From positions 1-64,000 of the forward strand of contig JAWBQF010000009.1 in NCBI GenBank assembly GCA_038845975.1: DNA of 64,000 nt. Reading direction: 5' to 3'. Shown here in pieces: positions 53,611-63,200 of this stretch (position 1 is the stretch's first letter; the number at the start of each line of letters is the position of its first letter). The notes below the pieces were generated by a model. The model saw only the letters and a list, made by a program, of their open reading frames with translations. It was not told the origin of the DNA and did no database searches. A program made the translations under genes and the position numbers. This DNA is from Candidatus Methanomethylicia archaeon. GTDB taxonomy: Archaea > Thermoproteota > Methanomethylicia > CALHIW01.

Positions 53611-54498
53611 TTGAAGGTTCTTATCGTTTATGAAGGAAAAAGACCAAACTGGGCTTGTATGGAGCTTATCAATGAGCTTAAAGTCAGAGGAACTACTACA
53701 ATAGTATTGCCTGTTACTAGGATTACAGCAGCAATAAATTTTGAGAAGGCCTTCTTTACATCAAAGTTGTCTCTTGACGATATTAGTGGAGTGTTACTAA
53801 GGAGTATAGGATTAATACTGACAGATGACCAGTTCATGCGTAGAACATCGCTTTTTAAACATATGGAAAAAAACGGAATTCCAGTTATGAACCCTATAGA
53901 TGGGCTTAGAAAGGCTAGAGATAAGTATATGTCATTATGTATTCTTTCAAGACATAAGATTCCTGTTCCACAAACTATAATTACTGAGGATTTAGTTACA
54001 GCCTATCAAGCTGTAACTAGACTTAAAGTCGCTGTTATTAAGCCTTTAATAGGATCTAGAGGATTTGGATCGGTTAAAGTTGAGGATCCGGATGTTGCAT
54101 TTAGAATAATGAAAACAATTCTAAGTTTTGGCCAAACATTGTATGTACAAGAATATATTCCTAAGAAAAATGATAGGGATATAAGGGCATTTGTTGTAGG
54201 TGATAGTGTTATTGCATCTATGTACAGGTATGCTCCTGTTAATTCATGGAAAACAAATGTTGCCCAAGGGGCTAAAACAGAGCCATGTAAGTTAACTGAT
54301 GAACTAACAGAACTAGCGATAAAAGTAACAAAGATCTTAAACCTTTGGTATTCTGGTGTAGATATAGTTGAAGGAGAGAATGGGCCATTTGTACTTGAGG
54401 TTAACGGTGCTCCTGATTGGAGAGGATTGAGAGAGGCAACAGGAGTTAACCCAGCCCCATTCATTGTTAGCTACCTAATAAGTAGGGCGAAGAAGTAA
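53611..54498 (+). CDS. RimK/LysX/MptN-family ATP-grasp glutamate ligase
   Basis: RDKY, IKPLIGSRGFG, YVQEYI, DIRAFVVG, WKTNVAQG, GVDI, EVN. Confidence 0.88.
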   Translation: MKVLIVYEGKRPNWACMELINELKVRGTTTIVLPVTRITAAINFEKAFFTSKLSLDDISGVLLRSIGLILTDDQFMRRTSLFKHMEKNGIPVMNPIDGLRKARDKYMSLCILSRHKIPVPQTIITEDLVTAYQAVTRLKVAVIKPLIGSRGFGSVKVEDPDVAFRIMKTILSFGQTLYVQEYIPKKNDRDIRAFVVGDSVIASMYRYAPVNSWKTNVAQGAKTEPCKLTDELTELAIKVTKILNLWYSGVDIVEGENGPFVLEVNGAPDWRGLREATGVNPAPFIVSYLISRAKK

Positions 54499-55604
54499 TG
54501 ATAAACGATCATTACGAAGTCGAGACTCCGCAGTACGTTGTTCTAGGTAGCAATATACTAGAAGAAAAGCTTAAAGAAATAAATATACTTAAAAGAATTA
54601 AGGTAGCATTAATAGTAACAGGACCTACTAAAACACGAGAATATGGAGAAATAGTTAAAAACATTTTAACTGATATGAATATTAAAGTGTTCACATATTC
54701 ACTAAGTAATGCCTTTGATAAGATGCAAGATAAATATATCAATGAAGTCAAATCTATACTGAATATAGCATTTCAAAATAATGCTCGGATAATATTAGGT
54801 GTAGCTGGAGGAAAGGTATTTGATATTGTTAAAGCATGTAGTGAACTCTTATCAGTACCGTATATTAGCATTCCAACTGCAGCTTCACATGATGGAATTA
54901 GTTCACCCATAATTAGTTATCCAATATTTGAAGTTATATCTAATAAAATTCCATTAAAATCAAGTAGAGTAAGACCTCCAATTGCAATACTAGCTGATAC
55001 AGCAATAGCATCAAAATCAGACAGAAGATTATTATATGCAGGCTGTGGAGATCTTATTGCTAAATTTACTGCAATATTGGATTGGAAGCTTGCACATAAA
55101 CGTCTTAAAGAAAAATTTAATGAATATGCTGCAGCTATGTCTATGTTAGGTTTTAAAATTATCAAGAATAGAAGGAAGATTATAAATTTAGCTACTGAGA
55201 AAAGTTATAGAATCGTATTGAAGGCTTTAATTGCTGTAGGAGTTGCTGCAGGATTTGTTTCTAGTAGTAGACCTTTAAGTGGTTCTGAACATATCTTTAG
55301 CCATACCTTAGAAATGCTATCATATAAATACGGATTTAGGCCGGCACTCCACGGGGAACAGTGCGGTATTGGAACAATAATCATGGCATATCTACATGGT
55401 AAAAATTGGAGGCTAATTAAGAATATATTAAAGGAAATAGGTACTCCTACTAATGCCAATGAATTGGGCATTGAAGAAAAATATCTAATTGAAGCTCTTG
55501 TTACATCTAGAAGAATAAGACCAACAAGATATACAATTCTAAATGAGAGAAATATATCTTACGAAGAAGCAAGGAAAATTCTATATGAAGTAGAAGTTAT
55601 TTAA
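54498..55604 (+). CDS. egsA: Glycerol-1-phosphate dehydrogenase
   Basis: AGGKVFDIVK, PTAASHDGISS, GDLIAKFTA..DW, SRPLSGSEH, LHGEQCG, RYTIL. Confidence 0.93.
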   Translation: MINDHYEVETPQYVVLGSNILEEKLKEINILKRIKVALIVTGPTKTREYGEIVKNILTDMNIKVFTYSLSNAFDKMQDKYINEVKSILNIAFQNNARIILGVAGGKVFDIVKACSELLSVPYISIPTAASHDGISSPIISYPIFEVISNKIPLKSSRVRPPIAILADTAIASKSDRRLLYAGCGDLIAKFTAILDWKLAHKRLKEKFNEYAAAMSMLGFKIIKNRRKIINLATEKSYRIVLKALIAVGVAAGFVSSSRPLSGSEHIFSHTLEMLSYKYGFRPALHGEQCGIGTIIMAYLHGKNWRLIKNILKEIGTPTNANELGIEEKYLIEALVTSRRIRPTRYTILNERNISYEEARKILYEVEVI

Positions 55605-55982
55605 TATTAAATGCTGAGTTAAAGCAAATTCAACTGTATTTATCGTTTCTACATATCATTGTTGGTTTGAAATTCTAATACATTCATATTATTATTTTTA
55701 GGATTTAATTTACAATTATTATGATGAAGTTAATGTAATAAGATAACAATTGTGCTGAGATGGCTGTTTCAATACAATTCAGTAACCCATTAATTTAAAA
55801 ATAGAATCATTACAGATTTATCAATTGTTGCTTAAAAAAATTATAACATAACCTGTCCAAGTACCAATTAAGCCTAGGATTATTTTCCTGCTCTTATCTT
55901 CCTGACCATTATACTTGAGAAACAACATAAGAAAAGGATGTTGAAAATACTAAGCTCTCTAAACTTGGGTTTTATATAACTA

Positions 55983-57284
55983 TTAAGGATGAATTCTATT
56001 AATGAGTCTTGGGAAAGCTATGGCATCTCTAATATGTTTGAGCTTGCATATCCACATAACTGTTCTCTCAATACCTAGGCCAAAGCCTGAATGAGGAACT
56101 GATCCCCATCTTCTAAGATCAATATACCAATAATAATCATTAGGATTTAAATCGTTTTCATTTATTCTTTGTAGTAGTTCATTAGTATCATCAATTCTTT
56201 GACCTGAACCTATTATTTCACCATAGCCTTCTGGGGCTAATAAATCTGCACTTAAGGTTACTTCAGGTCTCGTTGGATCAATTTTATGATAAAATGCTTT
56301 AATATGTTTCGGGAAATGAGTGACGAAAAATGGGGTGGTAAACTTTAAAGCAAGCTTCTTTTCAGTAACCCATGTAAGATCATCTCCCCAGTTTATTTGA
56401 ACCCCGTCTTCTTTAAGAATTTCAATAGCTTTATCGTATGTTATTCTTGGGAATGGAGGTTTAATTCTAATTAGATCCTCAGGATTTCTACCAAGTAGTT
56501 TTAGAGTATCATGCAAATCTTCAGCAACTCTATGTAGTATATATGTTATAAGTTGCTCCTCAATCTTTAAAAGACATTCAAAATCACAAAACGGAATTTC
56601 AGCTTCAAGATGCCAATACTCAGTTAGATGCCTTCTAGTTCTTGACTTTTCAGCTCTAAATGATGGTGCAATGGTATATATTCTACCAAGGCTAGCAATT
56701 CCAGCTTCAGCATAAAGCTGCCAACTTTGAGTTAAATATACAGTTTTACCGAAATAGTTTACAGAAAACAATGTTGCTCCACCTTCACATGCAGTAGAAG
56801 TAAGTATTGGTGCATGAAATTCTATAAATTCATTCTCTCTGAACCATTCTCTAGCAGCTTCAATTATTTTTGCTCTAACTTTGAGTATCATGAACATTTT
56901 ACGACTTCTTATCCATAAATGCCTATTATCTAATAGGAAACTGGGTCCATGATATTTTTTAGCTATAGGAAAATCATCCTCAGCTCTATGTAAAATCTTT
57001 ATGTTTTCAGCTAAAATTTCATAGCCTCCAGGAGCTCTTTTATCAGCTCTTGAAACTCCGTGGATTTCAAGAACAGATTCTATGTTCAGTTTATCTACTT
57101 CTCTAATAATGTTTTCACTGATAGTATCCTTTTTTAAAACACACTGTATAAAGCCAGTCCCATCCCTGACAATAAGAAATAGCATACCACCTAAAGATCT
57201 TTTATTATGAAGCCAGCCTCTAATACTAACTTTTCCCTCATATCCATTTAGAATTTTAGATATGTTAATAAACACCATCAGCAC
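55983..57284 (-). CDS. asnS: Asparagine--tRNA ligase
   Basis: LLDNRHLWIR, CEGGATLF, YLTQSWQLY, FRAEKSRTRRHLTEYW, GYGEIIG, WYIDLRRWGSVPHSGFGLG. Confidence 0.93.
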   Translation of the reverse strand: MLMVFINISKILNGYEGKVSIRGWLHNKRSLGGMLFLIVRDGTGFIQCVLKKDTISENIIREVDKLNIESVLEIHGVSRADKRAPGGYEILAENIKILHRAEDDFPIAKKYHGPSFLLDNRHLWIRSRKMFMILKVRAKIIEAAREWFRENEFIEFHAPILTSTACEGGATLFSVNYFGKTVYLTQSWQLYAEAGIASLGRIYTIAPSFRAEKSRTRRHLTEYWHLEAEIPFCDFECLLKIEEQLITYILHRVAEDLHDTLKLLGRNPEDLIRIKPPFPRITYDKAIEILKEDGVQINWGDDLTWVTEKKLALKFTTPFFVTHFPKHIKAFYHKIDPTRPEVTLSADLLAPEGYGEIIGSGQRIDDTNELLQRINENDLNPNDYYWYIDLRRWGSVPHSGFGLGIERTVMWICKLKHIRDAIAFPRLINRIHP

Positions 57285-57346
57285 CTCTCTTATATCTTAT
57301 TGTAAGCGGGATGAGACTTTTAAATATATCCATATATTTAATTAAA

Positions 57347-57954
57347 CACTTTAATAAGATTTTGTGACTGGTTTTATGATGTTTTCGGCTTTTGTATGTA
57401 GAGTTATCGGCTATTTAGGAATATTGATCATTGAGGTTAATAGGTTATATATTAATGCCGAGTTGAGAGAAAGAAAGAGTAATGTAAGTATTAGATGTCT
57501 GGATAGAGTATCCAGATGTAGGCTTTTAGAGAGTTGAGCACGGATTATGAAGCTACAATAAGCCTGTTATGTTTATTTTAGTTAGTAGAGATAAAAGTGA
57601 AAATCATGTTTCATCAAACAGTATTGAATCCAACCAGCTCTCAAGTAATAGCTAGACGAGTTGAGGACTTTAACTATACATTAATAGCTTCAAACCATAT
57701 ATGGGATTGCATGAGTTAGGGTATAGGTATGAATATGTGAGCTGGAAATGAATGGACTATAGAAGAACACATAAACAACTACAAGAACGAAGAGTTAATA
57801 CTGAGAACACGACTAACCATTCAAAAAGAATATGTAGGGATAATATAAGCTTATACTTAATAGCATTTAAAACATGCAGAAGACAGAGAAACACAAGCAA
57901 TATTAAATCCTAAAGTCATTACGCATCAATAGTCACAACAATTTCATTAAAGAG
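57347..57954 (+). mobile_element. Decayed IS1595-family element, second copy
   Basis: Imperfect TIRs ctttaataagattttgtgact / agtcacaacaatttcattaaag; fragments LYINAEL, KPVMFILV, HINNYKN, LYLIAFKTCRR align with 43478..44265. Confidence 0.7.
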
Positions 57955-58453
57955 CAGAATTAAATTCTACAGCCCATATAAAAAATCTTCATTACTCTTA
58001 TTATAAAAGCAAACCTCTAAAAGATCCAGCTTTACAATTCTTCTATAACTCTAGTTATTGATCATTTGTATCTTATTGATAGATTTATTTTTCCTTTATA
58101 GTTTTAGTTTATGTAACTTCTATCTTCTGAATGAATTTATATTGCTGGCTTCTAAGTTTATTAATGGCGCTATGTGCTCCCATTATAGCTCATACAATGT
58201 TATTTAGATAAAGTTAACTACGCAAATAATAGAGAACATGATCAGGAATAAGAGTAGAGGAAACAACTACAAAATCTTATCCAGAATAGGAAGGATAATA
58301 GAGATTCCATTAAATCGAACTACTGATTCAGATTCATAAGAGCAATATTCTAGCTATCAAAATAATTTTATCAATATTAACATCAAACATAATTCAATTG
58401 ATAAGAACTAGAGTTTTAAGGGGGAAAGATACATTGATGAAGCAGTTATGGTT

Positions 58454-58490
58454 TTAATCATCGCTTATTACTATTCATAGCGATGATTAA
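58454..58490 (-). terminator. Perfect 12-bp stem hairpin overlapping the stop codon of the KaiC-like gene
   Basis: ttaatcatcgct-N13-agcgatgattaa; terminator role is inferred from position only. Confidence 0.4.
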
Positions 58491-59251
58491 TGTTTGATTG
58501 TTTTAACATCTACAGAAGTTACTCCCCTTCTAGTTATTGTAAAGAATACCCATCGTGACCTATGTGGAGCTCCCTTCAATTTTCTTACCCTAAGTTGCTT
58601 TAGAAGAATCCCCTCACGCATAAAGTTAGGCTCAAATCGGCAATCAATTATACCGTCCATAATATATTCAAGCATTTCTTCAACTCCTTCAAGTGGTTTT
58701 ATACCTATGTGGAATGTCCCAAAACATAATATATTATGACTTTTAGAAAACTCTGCTCTCCAGGTTTTTACGGCTTCTATACCTTTTGCTAGGTCAACCT
58801 GAGTCAAAAACTCAGTTAGAGAATCTAGAAATATTGCTCCTCGACAATCATGCAATGTAAATCTTTCAAAATTAGATGCAATTATATCAGTTAATATGCT
58901 GTAACAGCCCTGCGAGTTTTCAATAAAAGTTACATATGGTAATGTATTCGATTGTTTAGCTCTATATGAGAAACAATCAATGAAATGTAGGAGGTTAGCT
59001 TCAATGTATTTTGTAGGACACCAACCAAAAGATGACAGTTGTTGAACTATCGCATTAGGACTGTCATCAAAGCAGATATATATACATGGCTCTCTACGTT
59101 TAAGCCTAGCATATAGTAAATGCAGCATCAATGCTGTTTTTCCAGTACCACTTTCACCTATAATCATTATGAAGCTGTTTCTTGGTATACCAATAGGTAC
59201 TAGGGCATCTATGACTGGAATTCCTATTTTCACCAAATTTTCTTCCTTCAT
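58487..59251 (-). CDS. KaiC-like / RAD55-family ATPase
   Basis: GESGTGKT, FDDS, FIDCFS, FLDSLT, MDGIID, LRVRKLKG. Confidence 0.88.
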   Translation of the reverse strand: MKEENLVKIGIPVIDALVPIGIPRNSFIMIIGESGTGKTALMLHLLYARLKRREPCIYICFDDSPNAIVQQLSSFGWCPTKYIEANLLHFIDCFSYRAKQSNTLPYVTFIENSQGCYSILTDIIASNFERFTLHDCRGAIFLDSLTEFLTQVDLAKGIEAVKTWRAEFSKSHNILCFGTFHIGIKPLEGVEEMLEYIMDGIIDCRFEPNFMREGILLKQLRVRKLKGAPHRSRWVFFTITRRGVTSVDVKTIKH

Positions 59252-59274
59252 CTAATCCCTATATTAAGTTAAGA

Positions 59275-59390
59275 TTTAGGTTTTAAATCATTAACGAAAA
59301 ACCTTTATAAGAACTGTATCAGAAAATGATGATTTTAAACCTAAACAATAAACGTAACCATTTTAAATACTGTAATCCTATTATAATAGG
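59275..59390. promoter_or_regulatory. Divergent promoter with 17-bp inverted repeat and 14-bp palindrome
   Basis: tttaggttttaaatcat (59275-59291) / atgattttaaacctaaa (59329-59345), 16/17 match, enclosing cgaaaaa-cc-TTTATAAG; cctattataatagg at 59377-59390. Confidence 0.6.
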
Positions 59391-59398
59391 GATGCTCT

Positions 59399-59572
59399 TT
59401 GAGAACGATAACAGTTAGAATTCCTGAAGCTTATATTGAAGCAATGAAAAAACTTGTTAAGGCTGGCCTCTATCCGTCTATGTCAGAAGTTATAAGAGTG
59501 GCAATAAGAGACTTAGTAAGAAAAGACTTGACCTTAATAAATAGAGAAGTTAAAAACTCAAACCTCGATTAG
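59399..59572 (+). CDS. 57-aa ribbon-helix-helix regulator (CdrS/aCcr-like); absent from ORF track
   Basis: Hand translation from TTG: MRTITVRIPEAYIEAMKKLVKAGLYPSMSEVIRVAIRDLVRKDLTLINREVKNSNLD. Confidence 0.88.
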   Translation: MRTITVRIPEAYIEAMKKLVKAGLYPSMSEVIRVAIRDLVRKDLTLINREVKNSNLD

Positions 59573-60529
59573 ATTATCAGAAGTATAGCCTTAATTAAAT
59601 TAGGTTTACCATAAAAGCAGATACTTTATGAACTCAATATATTAAACATTACAATTAATAGTTCAACTCATGAAACCAATCGACAGTTAAAGAGTATTAA
59701 ATACTTGTCTTAGCTTTATAGAAACCTTGATCATGTTTATTATTTTCGGTTTTGTTGTCTTGTGTGTAATATGTTATTGCTTGTGTTTTTTATAACTCCT
59801 CTCAATTCTATTTTGACCTCCATCTTTCTTTAATATAAGTGTTATTGTTTATATATGTTCCTTTCATAATATTTTCCCCTTATGAATTTATGTTTTGATT
59901 ACTGTTAAATCTTTCCCATAGTTAGCTCTACTCTTCTCATATCTATTTTCCTATGTATAGTCTAAGTTCTTTGATCCTTTCCTCTTAGTTAGGAACAGGT
60001 TATTAACTCCTCAATTTTATATTGGGTATTATCTTCATTTTTCTTCCATCTTTAACCTATCATTAATTCTCTCTATGATTAAATGCTTACTAAGTCTCAT
60101 AATAATAGAATTTATATTTATTATTAAGGGTTGGAATTGATGAAAGATATGATGTTCTCTTTGATAATTAACCTTTAATAGGAACTCTAATGCTGTAAGG
60201 TGAGGTATCATACTTGAGCTTACATTAAGTATTGTAATGTGGAAGAAAGACTGTAAGTTCTCTATAATCCTTTTTTTAAACCCCTCCTTAAGAGAAGAGC
60301 TAAATGTTGATGTTACTATAATTCTTAGAATACTTATTTAAAAGGAATACATATTCTTTCTCATAACAATAGGATAGCCCAAATCAATGGGTATAGTCAT
60401 CCATGAAGTATATCATAGTAACAAAGAAAAAGATTTTTATAGGACCTTCAGCGGGAAAGTTTAAAATCATTGATGTTATATATCAAATAACAATTAAAAC
60501 TTCATTATAGTGATGTATGAGGTTAAAAT

Positions 60530-61294
60530 ATGGTTATTAAAGAGGGGGATTTTGTATTACTTGTTCATAAAGGAAATAAGTGGATCATTAAAGTTGAGAA
60601 AAACAAGATTTTTCATACTCATAGAGGATTTATAGATATGAATAACATAATAGGTAAAGAATATGGAACAATTATTAAAAGTAGCTCGGGATATGATTTT
60701 TACGTATTTTACCCTTTAATGAGGGATTTTATAATGCAATTTAGGAGAAAAACACAAATAATATATCCTAAGGACATAGCAATTATCGTTTTATACGCAG
60801 ATATTAGACCGGGGAAAGTTATTGTTGAGGGTGGGACCGGAAGTGGAGCACTAACAGTAGCTCTAGCTTCCCTAGTTTCGCCAACAGGTAAGGTGTATAG
60901 CTATGATATTAATATTGAAAATTTAATGCATGCTAAGAGAAATATAGAAAAACTTGGATTAAATGATGTTGTTGAGTTTAAAGTAGGTGATGTCACGAAA
61001 CATATTAATGAATGTAATGTTGATGTTGCAGTACTTGATATTCCAACGCCATGGCTTGCGGTACCGATAATTAGAAGTATATTAAAACCTAGTGGCGTTT
61101 TTGTAAGCTTTAGCCCAACTATTGAGCAAGTAATTCAGACAGTCAATATGCTTGAAAGTAATAGATTTAGCGAAATTGAATGTTACGAATGTATTATGAG
61201 ACAACTTCGAGTAAGAAGTGGGATGACAAGACCATTTCATCGACAAATAGTACATACAGGATATATAGTATTAGCTAGATCGTTAGCTATGTAG
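60530..61294 (+). CDS. trmI: tRNA (adenine57/58-N1)-methyltransferase
   Basis: FHTHRG, TQIIYPKD, EGGTGSGALT, LDIPTPW, FSPTIEQV, HTGY. Confidence 0.93.
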   Translation: MVIKEGDFVLLVHKGNKWIIKVEKNKIFHTHRGFIDMNNIIGKEYGTIIKSSSGYDFYVFYPLMRDFIMQFRRKTQIIYPKDIAIIVLYADIRPGKVIVEGGTGSGALTVALASLVSPTGKVYSYDINIENLMHAKRNIEKLGLNDVVEFKVGDVTKHINECNVDVAVLDIPTPWLAVPIIRSILKPSGVFVSFSPTIEQVIQTVNMLESNRFSEIECYECIMRQLRVRSGMTRPFHRQIVHTGYIVLARSLAM

Positions 61295-61316
61295 TATTAT
61301 AAAAAAAATCTTGTTA

Positions 61317-61637
61317 TTACCCCATGAAGAGAAGCATGAATGCTATGACTAAACCGTATATTGCTATAGCTTCGATAAATACGATAAATATTAATGATCT
61401 CCCGAACAACTCAGGTCTTTCAACAAGCGCACCTGCAAATGCGGCAGCAGCAGTTCCCATACCAATACCAGCACCCAGACCAGATAGACCAATGGCCAAT
61501 GCCGCTCCTAGATATTTTTCTCCAACAATTTCAGCCATAATATTAGGTTTTAAAGCCAAAGTTAAGGGAAGCACTGTTAACACTAAACCAGCACTAAGTA
61601 GCAGTAATACTATTTTTCTGGACATCTCATCAACCAC
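61317..61637 (-). CDS. atpK: A-type ATP synthase proteolipid subunit c (K) with N-terminal signal-like segment
   Basis: GAALAIGLSGLGAGIG, ERPELFGR, FIEAIAIYG. Confidence 0.92.
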   Translation of the reverse strand: MVDEMSRKIVLLLLSAGLVLTVLPLTLALKPNIMAEIVGEKYLGAALAIGLSGLGAGIGMGTAAAAFAGALVERPELFGRSLIFIVFIEAIAIYGLVIAFMLLFMG

Positions 61638-61929
61638 CAGCTGTAAATGTTAAAACTTATAAATTTTACTACAATCCAGATGGGACCTTAGTAGTTCGTG
61701 AGTCTTGCATATTTATATTTTAATCTAGTTTATCATTGAATGTTTAAGACAGAACTTAAAGCGATACCTGTAATAATATTTCCATGCCGAACTCGTCCAA
61801 TAACATTATACGAAATACAGTGAAACATATAACACCATTAATAATTCTAAGAAAGCAACAGCACAATCATCAGAAGAATATGAAAGACAAAATAAACAAA
61901 AACAGGAGTATGGTAAAGAGGACTTAATT

Positions 61930-62982
61930 TTACTGGATTATAAGATAGTTAATAATTTCGTTAATTGGGATATCAGCAAGTACTCCAAGTATTATTGTTC
62001 TAATATCCATTATTTCAAAATGTTTAATATATAGGTAGGCTACTGGAAAACCTAAGTTCATAGTATCACCATAAAGATATCTATAAATATGTTTAATAAG
62101 GTATTTCTTAATAAAGTATTCTATCTGATTCATCTGTGTGCCTATCAAATCTGCTAAGAAACTATAGTGAAATTCACTTAAAATTTTAAGAGCCATATCC
62201 ACACTCTTCATTTCAATAACTGGTGTATAGTAATGTTTCCTTATGCTAGGTATTAGAATGGATTCCAAGAGTTTTGGATCTATTTTTAAGGTAATACCTC
62301 TTAATATTAGAAGTATATTAGATAAGTCTACATCAAGTTGAATTATTGAGGAAACTAGAGTTTTATCAATTCCTTTTAAATTATTTATGGCTTTAAATAG
62401 TTGATTATACGAGTAAGATAATATTGTAGATTCAAGGAATAATGATGATGGACCATACTTATTAAACGTATCTAAAAGGTTACTTCTTAACCGATATTCT
62501 GGAATTAAATGTATGACGTCTTCTATGGATCTTGATGAAGCATATACATAGTTTAAAAAATCAGTATTATAAGGATAAATAGGTAATAATAAAATTGATG
62601 CAATATCCTTTGGTATCTTATTTATTACGGATAGGATTATAGTTCTTAATGAATCATGTTTCCATTTATTTAAGAGAGCAATAAAAACAGTTCTATCGTT
62701 CTTATTTAAGTAATTAAGTATTATATTTATTTCTTTGATTAATAGATTAACAAGCTTCTTATCGAACTCAATAGTTGAAAATTCCTCTGATACAGGTAAA
62801 CATGAAGAATATGATGTATTTCCTAAAAATCTTAAGAGAGACCGAAGATCTGATAATTTTAAAATAAGTTTAAAATCATCAGGTTTAAGCATTCTTGATT
62901 TTAATGCGTGTACCCTTGCATTAAGAGCTCCTAATCTACTTGTATTAGCATCTAAAACTTTAACCATAGAATTATCCTCCAT
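61930..62982 (-). CDS. atpC: A-type ATP synthase subunit C
   Basis: NARVHALKSRML, L.NTSY, DLSNILLILRG, AYLYIKHFEIMDIRTI; operon context. Confidence 0.85.
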   Translation of the reverse strand: MEDNSMVKVLDANTSRLGALNARVHALKSRMLKPDDFKLILKLSDLRSLLRFLGNTSYSSCLPVSEEFSTIEFDKKLVNLLIKEINIILNYLNKNDRTVFIALLNKWKHDSLRTIILSVINKIPKDIASILLLPIYPYNTDFLNYVYASSRSIEDVIHLIPEYRLRSNLLDTFNKYGPSSLFLESTILSYSYNQLFKAINNLKGIDKTLVSSIIQLDVDLSNILLILRGITLKIDPKLLESILIPSIRKHYYTPVIEMKSVDMALKILSEFHYSFLADLIGTQMNQIEYFIKKYLIKHIYRYLYGDTMNLGFPVAYLYIKHFEIMDIRTIILGVLADIPINEIINYLIIQ

Positions 62983-63190
62983 TTAGTGAAAGCTTCTCAA
63001 ACAATTTTACAGTTATTATTGTGCCCGTTATAAGACCTAGTATTGCGCCTAAAAGACCTAAAATCATCATGTACATAGTACTAACAAGCTTACCCAGATA
63101 AATTCCAATGAGTAGACATACAATTACTAAGAGTGGTAATATAAGGCCTATACCTAACACTCTAAATATAGAAAAACTTTTTTCTTTCAA
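62972..63190 (-). CDS. Small two-TM protein, AtpZ/AtpI (ATPase gene 1)-like
   Basis: GIGLILP..LIGIYLG and GLLGAILGLITG hairpin pattern inside the ATP synthase operon. Confidence 0.6.
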   Translation of the reverse strand: MKEKSFSIFRVLGIGLILPLLVIVCLLIGIYLGKLVSTMYMMILGLLGAILGLITGTIITVKLFEKLSLNGG

Positions 63191-63200
63191 TCATAGCACC

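Noticed and set aside
55721-55758. ATGATGA...CTGA as a C/D sRNA
   Set aside because: Only 38 nt, AT-rich, with no C'/D' pair.
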